Assembly (NCBI GenBank): GCA_041742595.1
Contig: JBGSIJ010000003.1
Coordinates: forward strand, 107,409-171,408
Length of the DNA: 64,000 bases
Direction of reading: 5' to 3'
DNA from: Fimbriimonadaceae bacterium
GTDB taxonomy: Bacteria > Armatimonadota > Fimbriimonadia > Fimbriimonadales > Fimbriimonadaceae
Part shown: piece after piece, positions 17,230 through 26,801 of the stretch
Position numbering within the stretch: the stretch's first letter is position 1
Layout of the letters: each line of letters starts with the position of its first letter
The notes under the pieces: model-generated
The model's input: only the letters and a program-made list of their open reading frames with translations
What the model was told of the DNA's origin: nothing
The model's database searches: none
Translations under genes and position numbers: made by a program

Positions 17230-19233
17230 ATGAAGCGCTGGATCCTACTGCCCCTCGTTGTAGTCGCCGCCGTAGCGGCCTATGCGAGCCGGGCCTCGGT
17301 TCGGCTAGAGATCTTCCCGACCGTTAGCGTGGCCGATGCCCGCAGCACGGTTACCGTAACCGCCGAGATTCGCGACGCCAACGGCAAACGCGTTCCGAAC
17401 GGCACCCAGGTGATCTTCAACACCACCCTCGGCCAGTTCCGAGAAACCGTGGTGACCACCGAAAACGGATTTGCCCGAGGAATTCTCAAAGCAGGCGGTA
17501 TTCCGGGCAGCGCCAAGGTCACGGTCACCGTTCCTGCCTTTAGTACCGTCGGAACCACGGACTTCGAGTTCTTAAGCGATCGAAGCCTCCTGGCTAGCGC
17601 CAAGGAATACATCGAGATCGTCGCGCCGAGCGACCTTCGGTTCAGTCTGGACAACAACCTTCTTGGGGCGTCCGGCCCAGGCAAAACGGTCAAGCTTCGA
17701 TACCGAGAGGTTGAGATCGAGGCCGACGACATCCAGCTTGACATTTCGGCGTACACGGTTCGAGCGCGAAAGGCCACCCTACATATCAACAAGAAGGATT
17801 ACGAGTTTGGCGAGCTGTCCTTCCGGCTCAACACGCGCAAGGGGTTTGGTACCGCAGTTGTCCCAGCCGACGTGATCTCCAGCATCGAACTCGCTGGCTT
17901 CATGCCGATGATCCGCACGGAGAAGCGAGATCGCCTCTCGCTGGTTCAGGTGACCTCGAGCGGGATCACGGCCGCGACCGAGCCATTTCCGGCGGAAGGG
18001 TTCCTTTTCATGGATCCCTCCGAGAGCATTACCCAGATTTCCGCCAAGAAGGCCATCGTATTCCCCCGCAAGCTGATCCAGTTTCAGAAGGCGGAAGTCT
18101 ACGTTGGCCCCACGCGAGTCATGCAGATTCCGCTCTACCAGGTGAACCTGAACGGCAACAGCCAGATGTTCACGGAGCAGATCGTAAATGTGGCGGACAA
18201 CCAGCTCTCCGTCAACTATCCCTACTATCTCAGCATGCGACCCGGCGAAACCAGCCTGCTGCGCTTCCGTCTCGGCGGAAACGCGGGGCGAGGCTTCTCG
18301 GCGACCGGCGGCGCCTTCGTGGACTACGAACTTCGGTGGAACCGGGGCGACGAGTTCGACGGTGGCCTCACGTTCTCCGGTATCGGGCGAAACGACTGGA
18401 ACCTAGGCTTGCGCCAAAGCATTCAGATCGATCCTCACACCAATGCGTTCGCCCAGCTAGACATGCCGGCGGGCCGCTACCTCTATGGCAACGGCAGCAT
18501 TAGTCGCCAGTTCACGGGATTCCAGGTCAACCTGTCTGGGAACGCAAGTCGATCGCTCCGAGGGCTGAACTACGAAGACCAGCGCCTCTCGCTCAGCCTC
18601 GATACCGACGGCAGCAAGATCCGCAATCTGCCCGTGACGATGTACTACGGGATCGGGCTAACCAGCAACAAGACCCGCTACGATCTCCAGAACCGCCAGG
18701 ACGTAACCCGCAACTACCGGGACCTGGCGCTCACAACTCGGGCTCAACTCAACTCGATTACGATCGACTCCGACACCAACCTGAACGCCTCCATCAGCAC
18801 CAACGTGCGCCCCCATCGAAAGGACCGGGCGGTGGGCCTGTTGGGAAGTGTGACGGTCGCCCGACAACTGGGAACGGGCGCGAACCTGAATCTCACCTAC
18901 GACTACGTAGACGACCTCTTCGATGGCGGATTCCTCGGACGCCACCGTCTCAGCTTCCAGGGATTTCTCGGCAGCGGTCGAACCTCGTTCTCCATCTTTG
19001 GCACCAAGAGCCTCGATGCCGATCGGCTCAGCCTAAACGGCGACTTCAGTTACCAAGTCAGCGGGTTGTGGCGACTAAGCAGCATCTACACCTTCGACAA
19101 GTTCCTCGGGGACACGGTGCTGGACTACGGCCTCGGCATCGCTTACCGCCTGGGCTGGCGCGAAGTGGGCCTGACGTGGTCGAAGCGTACCGGCCGATTG
19201 GGAATCCAGGTCCTTGGTACGAGCTTTAACTAG
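17230..19233 (+). CDS. Putative outer-membrane protein with an N-terminal bacterial Ig-like (Big_1) domain and a C-terminal beta-barrel-like region
   Basis: The signal peptide is MKRWILLPLVVVAAVAAYA. The Big-like segment is TVTVTAEIRDANGKRVPNGTQVIFNTTLGQF…AKVTVTV. The C-terminal half has alternating hydrophobic residues, Gly/Asn/Ser-rich turns and an aromatic-rich C-terminus (…LGTSFN). Confidence 0.6.
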   Translation: MKRWILLPLVVVAAVAAYASRASVRLEIFPTVSVADARSTVTVTAEIRDANGKRVPNGTQVIFNTTLGQFRETVVTTENGFARGILKAGGIPGSAKVTVTVPAFSTVGTTDFEFLSDRSLLASAKEYIEIVAPSDLRFSLDNNLLGASGPGKTVKLRYREVEIEADDIQLDISAYTVRARKATLHINKKDYEFGELSFRLNTRKGFGTAVVPADVISSIELAGFMPMIRTEKRDRLSLVQVTSSGITAATEPFPAEGFLFMDPSESITQISAKKAIVFPRKLIQFQKAEVYVGPTRVMQIPLYQVNLNGNSQMFTEQIVNVADNQLSVNYPYYLSMRPGETSLLRFRLGGNAGRGFSATGGAFVDYELRWNRGDEFDGGLTFSGIGRNDWNLGLRQSIQIDPHTNAFAQLDMPAGRYLYGNGSISRQFTGFQVNLSGNASRSLRGLNYEDQRLSLSLDTDGSKIRNLPVTMYYGIGLTSNKTRYDLQNRQDVTRNYRDLALTTRAQLNSITIDSDTNLNASISTNVRPHRKDRAVGLLGSVTVARQLGTGANLNLTYDYVDDLFDGGFLGRHRLSFQGFLGSGRTSFSIFGTKSLDADRLSLNGDFSYQVSGLWRLSSIYTFDKFLGDTVLDYGLGIAYRLGWREVGLTWSKRTGRLGIQVLGTSFN

Positions 19234-21016
19234 CCTTCTCGTCGTGGCGGCTGCCACGGCGAGCATGGCTCAGGCCTTTGGCCGCTTCGGCTACTCGCCG
19301 TTTCCCGCCGTGCCAGGCTGGACCTTGGACGCCGAGGGAATCCGTGCCAATTTCCCCAGCGCAGACAAGCTGACCTTCCCCATGGCCCTCAAGAAGTGGC
19401 AGCCCGTGGAGACCTCTGACCTTAGGCAAGTGTCCCTCACCGGCGGCGGCGCAGGTTCGCCTTCAAAAGTCCGTGCTAGCCTGCTGAGCTTTGGAGTATC
19501 GATGTACTTTGAAGCGGGCGTTGCGTTGGGCCTCACCTCCACGGCCAGCCCCTACCTAAGTTGGGCCGAGGGCACGGTCGAGGACGGTGTCCCCACCCCC
19601 AACGCCAAATGGGTCTTGGTCTCGTTCCGAGACCGGCAACCGCCGATCCTCTTGGTCTTTGGCGGAGAGGCGCCGGGATTGGTGATCCAGGGCAAGCCTG
19701 GGGCATGGACCCTGAAAACGCCGGGCGTCTACAAGGGCTGGGTCCGCTTTTGCCTCCCCCGCGGCACCGAGGCTGCCGAGGCGAACTCTGCCGCGGGCCT
19801 TGGCAAACTGGTCAAGGCGGTAGAGGCAAATGAGGATCTTTGGGTGCGCGGGGATCCTGAAGTGACCAAGACCACCGTTCAGGAGGAATGGACGGCGGTG
19901 ACGGGCGACTTCCTGTACTCCGCAGCCGGCGTGCCGGTGCCGTCCCCGGTCGACTTGGCCCCTCTCGGGGGATACCCGGTCAAGGCCCTGACTAAGATCC
20001 GAAAGCTAGACTTCACTCTGGACGGTCAGTCGGTGTTTGTTACCGCCGAGCGATCGCTCAAGATTCGGTTTCCCGTAAAGCGAGTGCCCACGGGCCGTGG
20101 CCTTGCCGTGGGCAAACGCGCCCAAGAGCCCCTTGGCACCGTGTCCTCGCTAGACTTGCCGAGCGTGGCAGAACTTGCCCTGGAGAACCTCCTGGGCACC
20201 CGCGACCGCCGACTCCGTGAGACGGGCGAGCGGGCGATGGCAGAATTCGTCCAAGCCGCTTCCTCCTCACGCGAGCCCTGGACCAAGCAGACCATGCTGT
20301 ACGGGGAGGACGGAGCCGGGATCGATCTGGCCGCCTCCCACGCGCTCCTGATGCAGGCGCTCGCCGCAATCAACCAGGCTTCGAGCGAAGCCAACTCGCT
20401 CCTCACCTCGATCACGTGGCGTCGAGACTGGCTGAGTTGGCGTCTCTGGGGAGTCGATGCCGTCAAGGCGCGTCGCGCCGCGGCGCTGGCCAGCCTTGCC
20501 GGAGCGCTATGCCCGGAACCCGAACGAAGGCTGGAGGCGGCGATCCTCCAGGCTGGCCTTGCCGCCGAGCGGGGAGCGGCCATCCGCCGTGCCCGAGCAA
20601 CCCAAACCGAAGCCCCCGTCTTTCTGGAACCCATGGACGCCCTTCGCCAGAGCCTGTTTGGCTCCGTGATCCCGCCCGCCGCTGAGGATCCCTTTCTCAA
20701 GGTTCTTCTCAGTGAGATTCGCGCTTACGGCGACGCCGCTCTTGAACTGGCTTCTACTGAGGAGCGGGTCTACGTGGCCGCCTGGGAGGCCAAGGACACC
20801 TTGGCCGCAACGCTGACGCTTGCGGCGGGCTACCCAATCCAGGTGGAAAACCTGAACCTCGACAAGTTCGAGGTCGCCCAAGGCCTTGGGTTCACCAAAA
20901 TGACCGTGCGCCCCAAGGCGCCCGGGCGGTGCGAGATTAGGATTCGTATACCGGCCTGGGCCAAACTCCTCCCCGTATTCGTCGAGCCCTCCGCTTATTC
21001 AGAAACGTCGCGCTGA
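19214..21016 (+). CDS. Secreted hypothetical protein (600 aa)
   Basis: The start is a TTG that overlaps the previous gene's end by ~20 nt. The signal peptide is (M)VRALTSLLVVAAATASMAQA. The 3' end overlaps convergent nadB by 22 nt. Confidence 0.5.
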   Translation: MVRALTSLLVVAAATASMAQAFGRFGYSPFPAVPGWTLDAEGIRANFPSADKLTFPMALKKWQPVETSDLRQVSLTGGGAGSPSKVRASLLSFGVSMYFEAGVALGLTSTASPYLSWAEGTVEDGVPTPNAKWVLVSFRDRQPPILLVFGGEAPGLVIQGKPGAWTLKTPGVYKGWVRFCLPRGTEAAEANSAAGLGKLVKAVEANEDLWVRGDPEVTKTTVQEEWTAVTGDFLYSAAGVPVPSPVDLAPLGGYPVKALTKIRKLDFTLDGQSVFVTAERSLKIRFPVKRVPTGRGLAVGKRAQEPLGTVSSLDLPSVAELALENLLGTRDRRLRETGERAMAEFVQAASSSREPWTKQTMLYGEDGAGIDLAASHALLMQALAAINQASSEANSLLTSITWRRDWLSWRLWGVDAVKARRAAALASLAGALCPEPERRLEAAILQAGLAAERGAAIRRARATQTEAPVFLEPMDALRQSLFGSVIPPAAEDPFLKVLLSEIRAYGDAALELASTEERVYVAAWEAKDTLAATLTLAAGYPIQVENLNLDKFEVAQGLGFTKMTVRPKAPGRCEIRIRIPAWAKLLPVFVEPSAYSETSR

Positions 21017-22518
21017 AGGTCTTCGTTGAAGTGGAGGCCCACGTTCTCGCGTCTTGCAAGCGCACCCATGGCCACGTAGCGGGCGGCGACCAACAGATTC
21101 CGGGTCTCAAGAGCGTAGTCAGAGAAGGGGGCGGCGGGCTGAGCATCGTACTCGCCGAAGAGGCTATTGAGGGTGGCAACAGCGTCCTGAAGCCCGGCAT
21201 CATGGCGCACAATCCCCACTTCCTGAGTCATCTTGTGCTGCAGAGCCCGCCGAATCCTGATGGCCTCTGCTTCGGTGATGGAGTGAGCCTCGGAGACCGG
21301 CGCCTCCAGGGCAGCCGCTGGCTTCGGATCGTTCTGGCTCGCCTGGGCGGCGGCCGATGCAAAGACGAGCGCCTCGAGCAGGCTGTTGCTCGCGAGGCGG
21401 TTCGCGCCATGGACGCCGGTGCTGGCGACCTCTCCCGCCGCATAGAGGCCGGGAACGGTGGTCCTGCCCTCAAGATCGGTTGCCACCCCGCCGCACGAAT
21501 AGTGCTGGGCGGGAACCACCGGAATCCAGTCGTTCTCCATCTCGACTCCCACGGAAGCAAGGCGCTCGTAAACGGTCGGGAACTCCTCCGTAAGCTTTTC
21601 CTTGTCCAGATGCGTGGTGTCCAGGTACACGCACCAGGTCTCCCGCTTCTTCATTTCAGCCTCGATGCTCCGGGCCACCACGTCGCGCGGGGCGAGTTCG
21701 CGGCGCGGATCATAGTCCACCATGAAGCGGCGCCCAAGGTGGTTGCGCAAGGTGCCCCCGGCTCCACGCACCGCCTCCGAAATCAGGAAGCTCCGTGACT
21801 GTGGATGGAAGAGGGTAGTCGGGTGGAACTGCATGAACTCCATTCCCTCGACTCTCGCGCCGATCTCGGCGGCGAGGGCGATGCCGTCGGCGGTCGCGAC
21901 CCTGGGATTGGTGCTGTGCTGGTACATGCGGCCGCAGCCACCGGTGGCCAGCATGACGCTCCGGGCTTGGAAGGTGGTCATTCCGGTATCGAGATGGGCT
22001 AGGGCTCCGACGCATCGCCCCTCCGAAATCAGCAGGTTGGTGACAAACGCATGCTCGAAAACGGTGATCTTAGGGTTGCCGTGAACCGCCTCGCTGATGG
22101 CCCGCTCGATTTCCCAACCCGTACGGTCTTGGTGGTGGACGATCCGGTTCCGACTATGCCCGCCCTCTAGGCCTAGAGCAAGGTCGCCGTCTTTCTCCTG
22201 GTCGAATCTCGTTCCCAAGTTGACCAGCCAGTCGATCGCCGCCGGTGCTTGCTGGACCAGGAACCGTACCGCGTCCTTGTCGCAGAGCCCCGCTCCGGCA
22301 ATCAGGGTGTCCTCTTCGTGGAGCTTCCAGGAGTCGGCTTCGCCGACGGCTGCGGCAATCCCGCCCTGGGCCCAGGAGGTGTTGCTGTCCGTGATCTCCG
22401 CTTTGGTGAGCACGCAAACCGATCCGTGCTCCGAAGCGCGGATCGCAAACGTGAGCCCGGCGAGGCCGCTGCCGATCACCAGATAGTCGAATTCCTGAAG
22501 TCGCGACACGAGCCTCAT
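20995..22518 (-). CDS. nadB: L-aspartate oxidase
   Basis: The FAD-binding N-terminus is DYLVIGSGLAGL, with the characteristic succinate dehydrogenase/fumarate reductase flavoprotein fold. The length is 507 aa. Confidence 0.85.
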   Translation of the reverse strand: MRLVSRLQEFDYLVIGSGLAGLTFAIRASEHGSVCVLTKAEITDSNTSWAQGGIAAAVGEADSWKLHEEDTLIAGAGLCDKDAVRFLVQQAPAAIDWLVNLGTRFDQEKDGDLALGLEGGHSRNRIVHHQDRTGWEIERAISEAVHGNPKITVFEHAFVTNLLISEGRCVGALAHLDTGMTTFQARSVMLATGGCGRMYQHSTNPRVATADGIALAAEIGARVEGMEFMQFHPTTLFHPQSRSFLISEAVRGAGGTLRNHLGRRFMVDYDPRRELAPRDVVARSIEAEMKKRETWCVYLDTTHLDKEKLTEEFPTVYERLASVGVEMENDWIPVVPAQHYSCGGVATDLEGRTTVPGLYAAGEVASTGVHGANRLASNSLLEALVFASAAAQASQNDPKPAAALEAPVSEAHSITEAEAIRIRRALQHKMTQEVGIVRHDAGLQDAVATLNSLFGEYDAQPAAPFSDYALETRNLLVAARYVAMGALARRENVGLHFNEDLQRDVSE

Positions 22519-22570
22519 TCTACGTGTTAGGGCCTGGCGATGCCTCCCCTAGGGTTTCGAAGGACGTAGG

Positions 22571-23311
22571 ATGGGAAAGATGGAGAACACGAGCATCGCA
22601 TTGGTGACGGGGGCAAACAAGGGGCTGGGCCTTGAGACGGCGCGACAGTTGGCAGGGCTGGGCTACCAGGTGTGGGCCGGGTCTCGCGATCTGGCGCGAG
22701 GCGAGGCGGCCGTGGCAGCGCTCGGAGCGGATGGACGTAATGTTGTCGTTGTCCACTTAGACCTGGACGATCCTGCTTCTTTCCGAGCGGTGGCCGAGAG
22801 GCTGGAGTCGGAGTTTGGCAAGTTGGATGTCCTCGTGAACAACGCCGGGGTCTGCCTTCAGCCGTTCGGATCGTCCCTTGTAGGCATGTCGGACGCCGAT
22901 CTTCGACGCACCTTTGAGGTCAACTTCTTCCGCGTGGTCGAACTTACTTCGACTCTTTTGCCGCTCCTTCGCAAGAGCCCGGCCGGCCGGATCGTAAACG
23001 TCTCGAGCATCCTTGGAAGCCTGACTCTACACGCCGACTCGGCCCAGCCAATGTTCGACTTCCGAACGCCTGCTTACGACATCTCCAAGACCGCGCTCAA
23101 TGCATACACTGTCCACTTAGCCAACGACCTGCGGTCGGAAGGAATCAAAGTGAACGCCGCACACCCAGGTTGGGTGCAGACCGATTTGGGTGGAGACCAG
23201 GCGCCCCTAGAGGTGGAGGAGGGCGCCCGGACGGCGGTCGCCCTTGCCACCCTGTCGGAGGATGGGCCCACGGGCACCTTCGTCAACCAAGGCAAGCCCC
23301 TGCCTTGGTAG
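22571..23311 (+). CDS. SDR-family NAD(P)-dependent oxidoreductase
   Basis: The TGANKGLG Rossmann motif, NNAG and the catalytic YxxxK (YDISK) are present. Confidence 0.8.
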   Translation: MGKMENTSIALVTGANKGLGLETARQLAGLGYQVWAGSRDLARGEAAVAALGADGRNVVVVHLDLDDPASFRAVAERLESEFGKLDVLVNNAGVCLQPFGSSLVGMSDADLRRTFEVNFFRVVELTSTLLPLLRKSPAGRIVNVSSILGSLTLHADSAQPMFDFRTPAYDISKTALNAYTVHLANDLRSEGIKVNAAHPGWVQTDLGGDQAPLEVEEGARTAVALATLSEDGPTGTFVNQGKPLPW

Positions 23312-23336
23312 GGCCTTGCGAGATAAACTGAACTCG

Positions 23337-23423
23337 GAGGGGTGGCAGAGTGGTCGATTGCAACGGTCTTGAAAACCGTCAGGGCGCAAGTCCTCGGGGG
23401 TTCGAATCCCCCCTCCTCCGCCA
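23337..23423 (+). tRNA. tRNA-Ser (anticodon TGA), 87 nt, with a long variable arm and an encoded CCA
   Basis: The cloverleaf was folded by eye. The acceptor stem pairs GGAGGGG with CTCCTCC. The anticodon loop is CTTGAAA, giving UGA. The T-arm is GGGGG-TTCGAAT-CCCCC, the discriminator is G and CCA follows. Confidence 0.85.
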
Positions 23424-23433
23424 GTGCCCTCGC

Positions 23434-25416
23434 TTAGCTCTCTTTGTCCTCGTACTGACCCTTGAGCGCGTTGACCACGCTTGGATCGGCCAGGGTCGTC
23501 GTGTCGCCTAGGGCGCGCCCCTCTGCCACGTCCCGTAGCAGGCGGCGCATGATCTTGCCGGAGCGGGTCTTGGGCAAGTCGCCGCAGAGGAACAGATCGT
23601 CTGGACGTGCGATGGGGCCGATCTTGTGCCCGACGTGGGCCTTGAGCTCCGCGATCAGCTCCTTATCGGCGGCATATCCCTGGCGGAGCAGAACGAACGC
23701 GGCGATGGCTTGCCCCTTGATCTCGTGGGCCTTGCCGATGACCGCGGCCTCCGCGACCGCTGGGTGGTCTACGAGGGCCGACTCGACCTCCATGGTGGAG
23801 ATGTTGTGCCCGGCCACGAGCATGATGTCGTCCACGCGGCCCAGGAGCCAGAAATACCCCTCGTCGTCCACCTTCGCGCCGTCGCCCGCAAAATAGGCCT
23901 CTGGGAACTTCGACCAGTAGGTCTTGGCAAACCGCTCGGGATCGCGCCAAATTCCCCGCGTCATGGCGGGCCAGGGCTGGGTTAGCGCCAAGAACCCGCC
24001 AACTTCCTTTCCTGGCTCCAGAATGTTCCGACCCTCTTCGTTGAGGATCGCCGCGCCGATGCCAGGGAAGGGCTGGGTCGCGCTTCCGGGTTTGGTGGCG
24101 GTGATTCCGGGGAGGGGTGAGATCATGATCGCGCCGGTCTCGGTCTGCCACCAGGTGTCCACCACGGGGCAACGGCCCCCGCCGATCGTCTGCTGGTACC
24201 AGATCCAAGCTTCCGGGTTGATCGGCTCGCCTACCGAGCCAAGCAACCGAAGGGAACTCAAGTCGCAGCGCGCCGGGAACTCGTCGCCCCAGCGCATGAA
24301 CGATCGGATCGCGGTGGGAGCGGTGTAAAGGATGGTGGCCCGGTGCTTCTCGATGATCCGCCAGAAGCGGTCCTTGTCCGGCGTGTCCGGCGCTCCCTCG
24401 TACATGAGCACCGTGGCGCCGTTCGCCAGCGGGCCATACACGATGTAGCTGTGGCCGGTCACCCACCCGCAGTCCGCGGTGCAGAAGTGGACGTCGTCTT
24501 CCTTCAAGTCGAATACCCACTGGCTGGTGGCATAGACCCCGGTCAAGTAGCCGCCGGTCGTGTGGGTGATGCCCTTGGGATGGCCGGTGGAACCGCTGGT
24601 GTAGAGGATGAAGAGCAGGTCCTCGCTATCCATCGGCTCACAAGGGCAGTCGGTGGACTGAGAGCCCACAAGCTCGTGCCACCAAACGTCCCGACCTTCG
24701 TGCCAGATTCCGTGACTGTAGGTGGGAACCGAGCCTCCGGACGGACCGACCCGCTGTAGCACCAGGACATGCTGCACCGAAGGGCAGCCAAGGCGGATCG
24801 CCTCGTCTACGGTGTGCTTGAGGGGCACGATGCCGCCGCGCCGCCAACCACCGTCCGCCGTGATGATCAGCTTGGCTTCGGCGTCGTTCGTTCTCTCCGC
24901 AAGGGAGTCTGCGCTGAAGCCGCCAAAGACGACGCTGTGTGCCGCCCCGATCCGGGCGCAGGCCAGCATGGCGATCGCCAACTCCGGCACCATCGGCATG
25001 TAAATGCATACCCGGTCGCCCTTCTGGACGCCGAGGGCTTTGAGCGCATTGGCGGTTCGGGCTACCTCCTCCTGGAGTTCGCCAAAGGTGATCTTACGGA
25101 CGTCGCCCGGCTCACCTTCGCCGATGATGGCGACCTTGTCTCGGCGCGCGCCCTGGGCATGGCGGTCTACGCAGTTATGGGCGGCGTTTAGCTTGCCGCC
25201 GACGAACCACTTGGCGAAGGGCCGGTTCCATTCGAGAACCGCATGCCAGGGCTCAAACCAGTCCAGTTCCTTGGCCCACCCCTCCCAGAACCCTTCGGGA
25301 TCCTGTGAGGCCTTGGCGTAGATGCCGGGGTCGGAGATGTTCGCCTGGGCGACGAACGCGTCAGAAGGCGGAAAGTGGCGGTTTTCGGCGAGCAGGGTTT
25401 CGATCGTATCGGACAA
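23434..25416 (-). CDS. acs: Acetyl-CoA synthetase (acetate--CoA ligase)
   Basis: The AMP-binding signature [11 protein letters not shown] is present. The 660-aa length fits, with conserved termini (…WWQTETG…; [14 protein letters not shown]). Confidence 0.9.
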   Translation of the reverse strand: MSDTIETLLAENRHFPPSDAFVAQANISDPGIYAKASQDPEGFWEGWAKELDWFEPWHAVLEWNRPFAKWFVGGKLNAAHNCVDRHAQGARRDKVAIIGEGEPGDVRKITFGELQEEVARTANALKALGVQKGDRVCIYMPMVPELAIAMLACARIGAAHSVVFGGFSADSLAERTNDAEAKLIITADGGWRRGGIVPLKHTVDEAIRLGCPSVQHVLVLQRVGPSGGSVPTYSHGIWHEGRDVWWHELVGSQSTDCPCEPMDSEDLLFILYTSGSTGHPKGITHTTGGYLTGVYATSQWVFDLKEDDVHFCTADCGWVTGHSYIVYGPLANGATVLMYEGAPDTPDKDRFWRIIEKHRATILYTAPTAIRSFMRWGDEFPARCDLSSLRLLGSVGEPINPEAWIWYQQTIGGGRCPVVDTWWQTETGAIMISPLPGITATKPGSATQPFPGIGAAILNEEGRNILEPGKEVGGFLALTQPWPAMTRGIWRDPERFAKTYWSKFPEAYFAGDGAKVDDEGYFWLLGRVDDIMLVAGHNISTMEVESALVDHPAVAEAAVIGKAHEIKGQAIAAFVLLRQGYAADKELIAELKAHVGHKIGPIARPDDLFLCGDLPKTRSGKIMRRLLRDVAEGRALGDTTTLADPSVVNALKGQYEDKES

Positions 25417-25523
25417 CGTTGACCTCGGAATTCGGGAAGTTGAACTCCGATTCTAGCCCGAATCCAACAAGAGGGCCGCGCCGCCCTCTTCGGGGCGACG
25501 CGGCCAATTCTAGTCGGAGAGGC

Positions 25524-26099
25524 TTACTTGCGTCGCTTGCGGGCAGCGGCGGCGAGGCCGAGTCCGAGGACGGCCATGGTGGCGGGCTCCGGAACGGCTT
25601 CCACGCTAACGTCGTCGATGAACGTGTTGCCGTTCGACGAGTTGTTGGGGTTGCTCCAAATGCTGATGTTCTCGGCGAGCGAGTTGGCGGTCGCCACGAA
25701 TGAGTACTGGGCCCAAGAAGTGGTGACGTTGAACTGCTGGGTAGTGGCCGCAAGCGAAGCGTTGACTTCGCTGTTGATGCTACCGCCGGTGTGGCGGGCC
25801 CAGAAGGAGACGGTGTACTGGCCGCCTGGGTTGGTCACGAGGGCCTGGCTTACCTGGCCGGGTCCGGGGGATCCTACGAGGTCGAGGGCGTAGCTGCCGC
25901 TCAAGGGCGAGTAGCTGGTTCCGACGATGTCCACGCTCTTGGCGCCGACCATCCAGTTGTTGATCCCGGTATCGCCCACATTGTAGGTCTTGTAAGCTGT
26001 ACCCGGGTAGTTGTTGGCTTCGAAGCCGCCATTAGAAACGAGGTTTGCCGAGGCACCGGCACCGACGGCGATCGCCGCCAACAAAATCAGACTCTTCAT
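25524..26099 (-). CDS. PEP-CTERM sorting-domain protein (secreted, exosortase substrate)
   Basis: It has a signal peptide and the C-terminal motif VPEPATMAVLGLGLAAAARKRRK (PEP, then TM, then basic tail). Confidence 0.8.
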   Translation of the reverse strand: MKSLILLAAIAVGAGASANLVSNGGFEANNYPGTAYKTYNVGDTGINNWMVGAKSVDIVGTSYSPLSGSYALDLVGSPGPGQVSQALVTNPGGQYTVSFWARHTGGSINSEVNASLAATTQQFNVTTSWAQYSFVATANSLAENISIWSNPNNSSNGNTFIDDVSVEAVPEPATMAVLGLGLAAAARKRRK

Positions 26100-26208
26100 A
26101 GGAAAAAACTCCGTTCAGGCGCACACGCGCCCTGCCCAATGAGGGTGCGCCATGATCTGGCATGTAGCCAGTCACCCTTTTGCGGTTCCAGAGAGTCCGA
26201 TTAACGAG

Positions 26209-26240
26209 AAAGCCCCTGCGAACGCGAGGTTCGCAGGGGC
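26209..26240 (-). terminator. Rho-independent-like terminator downstream of rpsO
   Basis: A 12-bp perfect stem GCCCCTGCGAAC/GTTCGCAGGGGC with a 5-nt loop is followed by TTT on the minus strand. Confidence 0.5.
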
Positions 26241-26260
26241 TAAGTTGTGTTGGAGCTAGG

Positions 26261-26542
26261 CTATCGAGCCTTGACTTCGCGGATGCCGAGCTTGGACATG
26301 AGAGCGCGGTATCGGGTGATGTCCTTTCGCTTGAGGTAACCCTCGAGGCGGCGGCGCTTGCCAACCAGGATCATCAGGCCACGGCGGGAGTGGAAGTCCT
26401 TACGGTTCTTCTTGAGGTGCTCGGTGATCTGGGTGATCCGAGCGTGCATGATGGCGATCTGTACTTCGGGCGAGCCCGTGTCGCCTTCCTGAACGGCGTT
26501 GTCCGCAATCGCGGCTTGCTTGACTACTTTATCGAGTGGCAT
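26261..26542 (-). CDS. rpsO: 30S ribosomal protein S15
   Basis: The sequence is typical of S15 (…TGSPEVQIAIMHARITQITEHLKKNRKDFHSRRGL…). AGGAGA lies upstream of the ATG. Confidence 0.9.
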   Translation of the reverse strand: MPLDKVVKQAAIADNAVQEGDTGSPEVQIAIMHARITQITEHLKKNRKDFHSRRGLMILVGKRRRLEGYLKRKDITRYRALMSKLGIREVKAR

Positions 26543-26801
26543 GTTTTTGAGGTCTCCTGAGACTTCAACGCGATCCCAATCTGGGCCGTCGACCCGACTC
26601 TCGTTTGCTCCTGGGATCTCAACCCAAGCGCAGAGCGCAGGTCGCCGCAGGACTTCTCCGACGGGCTGAACCTAGGAGGATACCTCATGACCACCAACGA
26701 GCCAATCGCCGCTGGAATTCGGAGCATGAGGTGAACGTCAATGCGGGTTTTCGCGTCTCTACGCAACTTCAAGGGCTCCCACTCAAGTAAGCATTCGCAG
26801 T

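Noticed and set aside
23312-23433. tRNA-Ser as a possible integration site for a genomic island
   Set aside because: No integrase, direct repeat of the tRNA 3' end or compositional shift is visible nearby. The flanking genes (SDR, acs) look core.
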